From: an uncultured virus (IMG/VR IMGVR_UViG_2775507075_000002)
Lineage: Duplodnaviria > Heunggongvirae > Uroviricota > Caudoviricetes
Virus record (IMG/VR): IMGVR_UViG_2775507075_000002
Length of the DNA stretch: 64,000 nucleotides
Direction: 5' to 3' (one strand)
Made by a program: the position numbers and the translations under genes. Of the stretch, positions 57,507-64,000 are shown one piece after another. The number at the start of each line of letters is the position of its first letter. Positions within the stretch are counted from its first letter, which is position 1. Under the pieces are notes generated by a model. It saw only the letters and a list, made by a program, of their open reading frames with translations. It ran no database searches and was not told the DNA's origin.

Positions 57507-57634
57507 GGGCGCCCCCGTTATTGAAATTCAGTTGGTTCATGTTCATAATTTCCACTGTGAATTGATCCAGTTAATTCGCAACGAAAGCCGTAGGTGTTGC
57601 AGCACCGCGGCTTTCACCTTTCTGAATTCCAGCA

Positions 57635-58171
57635 TCACGTCACTCCCAGCATTGAAGTGACAATGGCCATCAGCGGCGCCGTTAACTCAGGGTCTATCCG
57701 GAACATCTCGACAATTCCCTCGCTCAGTTCTTTCAGCTTCTGATGGCGTGGTGCCCCCATAGCAACGGCAACCTTTGCTTCGCTGGTTTCTTTTTCCAGA
57801 CGAGCCAGACGGGACATAAAACTGTCTTCGGGCAATAGACGGTGACGGTATTCCAGAGGAAGAACGGCCATGATTGCCGGGGTAAGAAGGCGAACGTACT
57901 CGCGATAGCGCTCAGAATCGGCCGGGTTGTCCAAGTAGCGAAAAAGCTTCTGTCGGGCACGGCTGATATCATCAGGGAACGCGATCTCCTCGCCGCCCTG
58001 CTGGCGCCACTCATCGATGATATGTGCCGACACAACATCCTGGCCCTCAGCTGCAGCCCAGGCGCGAACAGCAGAACGAATTGCGTCGTGATCTGACTCT
58101 CTCAGCTGATTTCGCTTTATCAGGGCGCCGGTGTTGAATCCGGTATTTTGTTGAAAGGAAAGTGTTTGCAT
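57635..58171 (-). CDS. CII-like regulator (YdaT family)
   Basis: IRSAVRAWAA..RQKLFRYLDN; follows cro. Confidence 0.75.
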   Translation of the reverse strand: MQTLSFQQNTGFNTGALIKRNQLRESDHDAIRSAVRAWAAAEGQDVVSAHIIDEWRQQGGEEIAFPDDISRARQKLFRYLDNPADSERYREYVRLLTPAIMAVLPLEYRHRLLPEDSFMSRLARLEKETSEAKVAVAMGAPRHQKLKELSEGIVEMFRIDPELTAPLMAIVTSMLGVT

Positions 58172-58173
58172 AG

Positions 58174-58401
58174 TCAGCCTTCCTGTTTCGGCAGGCCGTC
58201 AGTGGGGTTTGGGTAAATGTCACCACGCATCTGATGAGGGGTAACCTTCCATCCGAGAGCCTCACAAACTGGAATTACGCGATGAGCGGGGGTCTCGCTA
58301 TTCAGCCAAAGGCTAACTGTTTGAGGGGTTGTGCCGAGTCGTTTAGCCAGCTCGGTCTGGCTCATGATTGAGCAGATAATGGTTTTTAGATTCGTATTCA
58401 T
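58174..58401 (-). CDS. cro: Cro-like repressor (YdaS family)
   Basis: SQTELAKRLGTTPQTVSLW HTH; divergent from the repressor. Confidence 0.85.
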   Translation of the reverse strand: MNTNLKTIICSIMSQTELAKRLGTTPQTVSLWLNSETPAHRVIPVCEALGWKVTPHQMRGDIYPNPTDGLPKQEG

Positions 58402-58451
58402 AAAGCCTCCTTGGAGATACAAGAAAACATTACATCACCAAATTAGATATA

Positions 58452-58502
58452 ACAAGTTTTTCTTGTGTTAATCTTGCAATGTCTTCTACAAGTAAGGCTT
58501 GT
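58452..58502. promoter_or_regulatory. Operator pair ACAAG-N5-CTTGT (58452..58466, 58488..58502)
   Basis: Two perfect 15-bp palindromic sites between cro and cI. Confidence 0.75.
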
Positions 58503-58514
58503 AAAATGATAAAT

Positions 58515-58940
58515 ATGAAAACAGAACAGCATGAAAACTTTGTCCGCAGGCTCCAGCTCATCCAGGATCAAACTGGCTGGAACCTATCTGAGATTGCCAG
58601 GAGAGTTACTGTTTCTCCTCAGGCTGTTCAACAATGGGCCAAAGGTGAAACAACTCCACGCGGTGAGCGCCTTAAAAGACTTGCGGCTGTAACTGGTAAA
58701 CCTGAGCATTGGTTTTTCATGCCGCCAGACGAAGATGGTGAGAATGTTTCATCGCAGACAGAACCTGAAGCGCCTGGCCGGAACGAACTGGATGACAAAG
58801 AGAAAGCCCTTTTAGCTCTCTTTAACCAGATGCCGGAAGCCGAGAAGAACAGGCTAATAGTCCACGCAAAAGCCACTTTAAAAGAACTAGACCTCCTCAA
58901 GGATGACGTTCTCAGTATCATCAAAGATATTAACGATTAA
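58515..58940 (+). CDS. CI-like repressor without S24 peptidase domain
   Basis: LSEIARRVTVSPQAVQQWAKGETTPRG HTH; short helical C-terminus. Confidence 0.85.
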   Translation: MKTEQHENFVRRLQLIQDQTGWNLSEIARRVTVSPQAVQQWAKGETTPRGERLKRLAAVTGKPEHWFFMPPDEDGENVSSQTEPEAPGRNELDDKEKALLALFNQMPEAEKNRLIVHAKATLKELDLLKDDVLSIIKDIND

Positions 58941-58996
58941 ATTCATATGATTAGCTGCTATCCATATCGGATAGCCGTTTCCCCACGCCCTCAATA

Positions 58997-59043
58997 ACAA
59001 CATTTTCTTGTATTTCTCCTTGTAAAAAGCAAATTTACCTTGT
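58997..59043. promoter_or_regulatory. Second operator pair (58997..59011, 59029..59043)
   Basis: ACAAC-N5-CTTGT and GCAAA-N5-CTTGT upstream of the early operon. Confidence 0.65.
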
Positions 59044-59123
59044 AACGTTATTCACATCGACAACAAACGCATTGTTGTCAGGTGGTAAACGTTCCGCTGG
59101 CCGGCGACAAGGCAGAGGTTGAA

Positions 59124-59222
59124 ATGAGCAAGCACGGCATCAGAGCCCTGGTCATTTCGGCAGTAGTTGGGCTCTTCATCTGGATCGCGCTTTTCAGCGT
59201 ACTGAGGGAGATATTTCTATGA
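59124..59222 (+). CDS. 32-aa membrane peptide
   Basis: GAGGT RBS; MSKHGIRALVISAVVGLFIWIALFSVLREIFL. Confidence 0.55.
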   Translation: MSKHGIRALVISAVVGLFIWIALFSVLREIFL

Positions 59223-59332
59223 ATGATTTCGCACGCAAACCCGCTCGTCAGCAGGCTGTTCGTTTAAGTCCGCTGTCAGCTTTCATCCGCCGGGTGTGCT
59301 ACATGCTCGCGCAAAAAGGAGACCCTTTATGA
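59219..59332 (+). CDS. 37-aa early protein
   Basis: MNDFARKPARQQAVRL..; ATGA overlaps on both sides. Confidence 0.6.
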   Translation: MNDFARKPARQQAVRLSPLSAFIRRVCYMLAQKGDPL

Positions 59333-59520
59333 GCACGATGTTTGCCCTGGTTCTCACCGTCAGCATGCTGACGGGCGGTAATCAGGATGTCCTGCTCGGC
59401 GTTTACGACACTGAGAATGGCTGCAAGGCAGCTGCAGAAGAGCAACACGTGAAAGCTGAATGTTATCCGCTGAAAGGTGTACTGGACGAGCATCCGGCCG
59501 GGTTCACGGTGCAAATGTAG
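59329..59520 (+). CDS. DUF1482/YebW-like protein
   Basis: MFALVLTV..GVYDTE..C..AA.EQ....ECYP. Confidence 0.7.
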   Translation: MSTMFALVLTVSMLTGGNQDVLLGVYDTENGCKAAAEEQHVKAECYPLKGVLDEHPAGFTVQM

Positions 59521-59528
59521 GGGGAAGA

Positions 59529-59684
59529 ATGCAGAAGAAATGCGGTTACTGCCGTAAAGCAATCGAGGGAAAACCAGTGGTAAGCACCCTGTTGTACCTC
59601 CAGGGGAACCAGCTCGCACGGAAAGAAAAAGAGTATTGCTCAGAACGTTGCGCCTCTCACGACCAGATGGCTCACGAGGGCTAA
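59529..59684 (+). CDS. YdaE-like zinc-binding protein
   Basis: CGYCRK..YCSERCASHDQMAHE. Confidence 0.75.
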   Translation: MQKKCGYCRKAIEGKPVVSTLLYLQGNQLARKEKEYCSERCASHDQMAHEG

Positions 59685-59821
59685 CGTAAACCCGCCGAAG
59701 CGGGCTGTACGTCCGGTGCCACCGACCAAAGTTACACCGGAAATTACCAAAACCAATGACCACCCTGAATGGGCGCTACCAATGGCCCTGGGGATTCTAC
59801 ATCCAAAATAGAGGCTATCAC

Positions 59822-62800
59822 ATGGAATATTTTTATCTGATAAAAGCGACTCAAAAATCGGGTAAAGCTGATGCCGTAATCTGGCGCACTAATAAATCAG
59901 AAGCTCGCGCCCTTCTGCAGCTGGACGTCGATCTGGAAGACGCTGGGATCGAAACAGGCCGCGGCAAAGAATATCAAAAACCAATTCGCACCGATTTCCC
60001 GGTATTCAATGACCTTCCGGCGGAAGGTGTTCTCGATTACTCATGGTGCGAACGCTACCAGCTCGGCGATGATGGTCGCACCTGGGCTCTGAAGCCAGGT
60101 CAGGTGCCTGCGGATCATCACATCGATGATGCCGGAGTAACCTCTGAGGCCGTTACTGGCGAGCTGGTTGATGCCAATACCACTATCGACGCGGTACAAG
60201 ATGAGACCGTGGAAACTTTCGGTAGTGATGAATACCAGGACGATTCCAGCGCGCTTTTTAACGTGGCCGAACTCCCCTTTCGCGCGCAGCTGCTTGCGCA
60301 GTACATGGCCGAAGAACGTCACGTTTATCATATCAGCATGCCTCACCGGCAGGAGCTGTCAGCTCTTGAAATGGACACTGATAACGCAGCCGTCCAGGAT
60401 CTGATTCTGGCCGCCGAGAATGTCCCTGAAATCAAAAAATACGATATGCCGGCGCTCTGGAAATTCACCAGCGCCAATAAAAAAGTCTTCCCGGAAGGGA
60501 AACGGCATGAGCTCGGTAAGCGTATCCAGTTTGCTAAGCTGTGGTTCGCCACGAACGCGATCGACCGCGGCATTCTCACCAGGGAATGGGCTGCCGGTAA
60601 CTGCATTTCTTCGGTTTTGAAAACCGATGCAGGTACGAATGCTGGCGGCGGTAATAAAACCGATCGCAACCCTGACTACACCCATACCCTTGATACGCTC
60701 GATGTAGAAATAGCCCTGGCCACAATGCCAATGGATTTCGATATCTACAATTTCCCGGCATCAATTCACCGCCGGGCCAAAGAGATCGTCCAGAAGAAAG
60801 AAAGTCCGTTCAAGGAATGGTCTGCAGCGCTGCGCAAGGTCGCAGGCATCCTGGATTATTCCCGCGCAGCGATTTTTGCCCTTATTCGTGGCGCCACCAG
60901 CGATATTCACCATTTCCCGGTAAGTCTGCAGACCTATATCAATGCGAACCTGACCGAGCATAAACATGACGCCCCTTCTGCTGAGACGCTTGAAAAAGCT
61001 GGTCATGTTTCATCTGCCGCCGTCACTCTGGACGCTGTGAAAAAGGCTATCGATGGAGATGAAGGTGTGCCTGACCTGGAAGCTCTCCCAACTGACTTTC
61101 AGGTAATTGGCAGCGAACTGGTGAAAGAAGCTCAAAAGAAACGTCCTGACGCTAATCAGGTTCTGGCCTCCGAACGTGGTGAATATGTCGAAGGCATCAG
61201 TGACCCCACGGATCCGAAGTGGATAACAGAAGACCTGACCAAACCCAAACAGCCTGAAGTTTCAAACATGGGCAATGGTGTTTTTTCGATTGATGGTCTG
61301 ATGGATAGCCAGCCAGCACCAGCACCAGCACCAGCACTTTCTATCGTGGACCAGGCGCGCCAGCGCGCTGCAGAAGAAAAATTACATCCAGCTAATTCCG
61401 GGGGAACCACCAGCGATGTGCAGATGGAAACGGCTCAGCCGGTCGAAGACGAAAATGATAATGCGGTATCAGCAGGCGAAGGTGCTGATGAGCCTCCTGC
61501 GCAAACAATTGCCGTGAACATGAGCAAAATACTGGCTGAACGCTGCCCGGATCTTACCGCCGAAGTGCTGAAAAGCCAGGTTTCAGAGAGTGCTCATAGC
61601 GATGAAGAGGAAGAGGCTGAACAAGCAGCGCCAGCATGGCCGGAGTATTTCGAGCCTGGTCGATATGAAGGCGTGCCAAATGAGGTCTACCACGCCGCTA
61701 ACGGCATCAGCTCAACGATGGTTAAAGATGCCCGGGTATCGCTGATGTATTTCGAGGCGCGCCACGTATCCAAAACCATCCAGAAGGTGCGCTCTCCTGT
61801 TCTGGATATGGGCAATCTGGTGCATGCACTGGCGCTGCAACCTGATCAACTGGAAAAAGAATTCAGTATCGAGCCGGAAATCCCGGAAGGCGCCTTCACC
61901 ACGACTGCGACGATCCGCGCGTTTATCGACGAATACAACAATGGGCTTCCGCCGCTGTTGAATGCTGACGACATCAAGGCGCTGCTGGAGGCGCACAACG
62001 CCAGCCTGATCGCCCCCCTCAGCACCGATGAGATCAAAGCACTCATTGAAGAACACAACGCTAGTCTGCCAGCGCAGACCGCTCTGGGGAACGATATCAA
62101 CGAAACAGGACAGAGCTACATGTCTCTGCCAGTTAATTTCCAGCGCATTGAAGAAGGCCAGAAACAGACCGCGGCTGCAATGAAAGCCTGTATCAAGGAA
62201 TTCAACGCCACCCTGCCGCCACAGCTCAAAACCAGTGGCAGCCGGGAAGCGCTGATGGAAACTCTGGCAATCATCAATCCGGATCTGGTTGCTCAGGAAA
62301 TGCAGAAGCCCTCACCAGTTAAAACCAGCGGCAGCCGCGATGCCTTACTGGAACAGCTGGCAATCATTAACCCTGACATGGTTGCTCAGGAAGCGCAGAA
62401 GGCGCAGCCGCTGAAAGTATCAGGTACTAAGGCGGATCTGATTCAGGCCGTGAAATCGGTTAAGCCGGATGCCGTATTTGCCGATGAGCTGCTGGATGCA
62501 TGGCGCGAGAACCCGGAAGGAAAAGTGCTGGTTACCCGCCAGCAGCTGGCTACGGCACTGGCCATTCAGAAAGCACTGTTGAATCACCCGACCGCTGGCA
62601 AGTTGTTGACGCACCCGAGCCGTGCCGTCGAGGTGAGCTATTTCGGCATTGATGAGGAAACCGGGCTGGAAGTTCGCGTGCGCCCTGACCTTGAGATAGA
62701 CATGGGCGGCCTGCGCATTGGTGCGGACCTGAAAACCATCAGTATGTGGAACATTAAGCAGGAAGGCCTGCGCGCGAAGCTGCACCGGGAAATCATCGAG

Positions 62801-63082
62801 CGCGATTACCACCTGAGCGCGGCTATGTACTGCGAAACCGCAGCCCTTGACCAGTTCTTCTGGATATTCGTCAACAAAGACGAGAACTACCACTGGATCG
62901 CCATCATCGAGGCATCCGAAGAACTGCTGGAACTCGGCATGCTGGAATATCGCAAAGCAATGCGTGCCATCGCGAACGGTTTCGACACTGGCGAATGGCC
63001 GGCGCCGATTACCGAAGACTACACCGAAGAACTTAACGATTTTGATATGCGCCGTCTCGAAGCGCTGCGCGTACAGGCATAA
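59822..63082 (+). CDS. recE: RecE / exodeoxyribonuclease VIII
   Basis: YHAANGISST, EVSYF, RVRPD, DLKT, YHLSAAMY. Confidence 0.92.
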   Translation: MEYFYLIKATQKSGKADAVIWRTNKSEARALLQLDVDLEDAGIETGRGKEYQKPIRTDFPVFNDLPAEGVLDYSWCERYQLGDDGRTWALKPGQVPADHHIDDAGVTSEAVTGELVDANTTIDAVQDETVETFGSDEYQDDSSALFNVAELPFRAQLLAQYMAEERHVYHISMPHRQELSALEMDTDNAAVQDLILAAENVPEIKKYDMPALWKFTSANKKVFPEGKRHELGKRIQFAKLWFATNAIDRGILTREWAAGNCISSVLKTDAGTNAGGGNKTDRNPDYTHTLDTLDVEIALATMPMDFDIYNFPASIHRRAKEIVQKKESPFKEWSAALRKVAGILDYSRAAIFALIRGATSDIHHFPVSLQTYINANLTEHKHDAPSAETLEKAGHVSSAAVTLDAVKKAIDGDEGVPDLEALPTDFQVIGSELVKEAQKKRPDANQVLASERGEYVEGISDPTDPKWITEDLTKPKQPEVSNMGNGVFSIDGLMDSQPAPAPAPALSIVDQARQRAAEEKLHPANSGGTTSDVQMETAQPVEDENDNAVSAGEGADEPPAQTIAVNMSKILAERCPDLTAEVLKSQVSESAHSDEEEEAEQAAPAWPEYFEPGRYEGVPNEVYHAANGISSTMVKDARVSLMYFEARHVSKTIQKVRSPVLDMGNLVHALALQPDQLEKEFSIEPEIPEGAFTTTATIRAFIDEYNNGLPPLLNADDIKALLEAHNASLIAPLSTDEIKALIEEHNASLPAQTALGNDINETGQSYMSLPVNFQRIEEGQKQTAAAMKACIKEFNATLPPQLKTSGSREALMETLAIINPDLVAQEMQKPSPVKTSGSRDALLEQLAIINPDMVAQEAQKAQPLKVSGTKADLIQAVKSVKPDAVFADELLDAWRENPEGKVLVTRQQLATALAIQKALLNHPTAGKLLTHPSRAVEVSYFGIDEETGLEVRVRPDLEIDMGGLRIGADLKTISMWNIKQEGLRAKLHREIIERDYHLSAAMYCETAALDQFFWIFVNKDENYHWIAIIEASEELLELGMLEYRKAMRAIANGFDTGEWPAPITEDYTEELNDFDMRRLEALRVQA

Positions 63083-63094
63083 GGGGGAATAACA

Positions 63095-64000
63095 ATGTCC
63101 AATTTAGTCGCAACTACTGAAAACCAGACCCAGAAGATCGACAACGTTTCTATCCTGACGAACGGTGAATTGTTCAACCGCCTGCGCACGCTCTCGGAAG
63201 TAATGGCCAATAGTGGAAACTTCGTGCCTGAGCATTATCGCGGGAAACCAGATGTGTGCATGGCTGTAGTGATGCAGGCAGCGCGTTGGGGTATGGATCC
63301 GTTTGCAGTGGCACAGAAAACCTTCATCGTGGGTAACTCAGGTGTGCTTGGCTATGAGGCACAGCTGGTGAATGCGGTAATTAACACCATGGCTCCAACC
63401 AAAGACCGGATCCATTTTGAATGGTTTGGTGCATGGGAAAATATCGTTGGCCGCTTCATTAAAAAAACCAGCGGCAAAGGTAACGACTACATCGCGCCGG
63501 GCTGGGATTTGCAAGATGAAGCTGGCGTGGGCGTCCGCGCCTGGGCAACGCTCAAAGGAGAATCAGAACCTCGCGAGCTTGTGCTGATGCTTTCGCAGGC
63601 ACAAGTCCGCAACTCTACACTGTGGGCGAGCGACCCCCGTCAGCAACTGGCCTATCTCGCCGTTAAACGTTGGGCGCGACTGTACTGCCCGGATGTGATC
63701 CTCGGGGTCTATACCGCCGATGAAATTGACGAACGCGAAGAAAGGGTTATCAACCCGGCGCAGACAGAAAAGGTCACGCTGAATGAAATAACACACTCCG
63801 TTGGCGATTCCACCAACACGCAAGAGCCTGCATCTAACGTTGACTCTGTTGCTCACGAACTCCGAGAGCGGATTGATACAGCTGACTCAGTGGACCAGGC
63901 CAAAGCCATTCGTGTAGACATCGAATCACAGAAAGCTCTGCTGGGTACTGCTTTGTATACCGAACTGAAGAGTAAGGCGGTGAAACGCTACTACCTTGTT
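63095..64000 (+). CDS. recT: RecT-family recombinase (runs off the window)
   Basis: VPEHYRGKP..CMAVVMQAARWGMDPFAVAQKT; follows recE. Confidence 0.88.
   Translation, partial: MSNLVATTENQTQKIDNVSILTNGELFNRLRTLSEVMANSGNFVPEHYRGKPDVCMAVVMQAARWGMDPFAVAQKTFIVGNSGVLGYEAQLVNAVINTMAPTKDRIHFEWFGAWENIVGRFIKKTSGKGNDYIAPGWDLQDEAGVGVRAWATLKGESEPRELVLMLSQAQVRNSTLWASDPRQQLAYLAVKRWARLYCPDVILGVYTADEIDEREERVINPAQTEKVTLNEITHSVGDSTNTQEPASNVDSVAHELRERIDTADSVDQAKAIRVDIESQKALLGTALYTELKSKAVKRYYLV

Larger units (their letters stand above)
12292..64000. mobile_element. Lambdoid prophage, continuing beyond the window
   Basis: Complete tail, head, terminase, lysis, Q, replication, immunity and recET modules in canonical order. 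Confidence 0.97.

Overview
Most of a lambdoid (siphovirus-type) prophage of an enterobacterium, probably Klebsiella (inferred from the sapAB host genes and gene content). It is inserted at the sapB/sapC junction (~12292) and runs off the right end inside recT; the integrase end is outside the window. From ~12.5 kb the order is: SOS cargo (SRAP/YedK, two orphan genes, umuDC), a Hin/Gin-type invertase beside a 5.1-kb invertible receptor-binding-protein cassette, then tail, head, terminase, lysis, tRNA-Thr, Q, nin-like region, methylase, replication, immunity and recET. Bases 1-9614 repeat 13703-23338 and become indel-rich from ~6 kb through sapAB, which points to an assembly artefact or a low-coverage tandem duplication. 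Most interesting signals: (1) the whole-gene invertible switch between an SGNH-esterase spike and an adaptor plus beta-helix enzyme set; (2) several non-coding inserts carrying complements of host sRNA seeds (RprA, ArcZ, MicF; host sequences recalled from memory, to be verified); (3) displaced copies of the invertase and methylase 3' ends flanking cargo, suggesting repeated insertion into gene ends; (4) a secreted TonB C-terminal-domain moron and a GNAT-like orphan pair. All product calls come from motif recognition and synteny; no searches were run.
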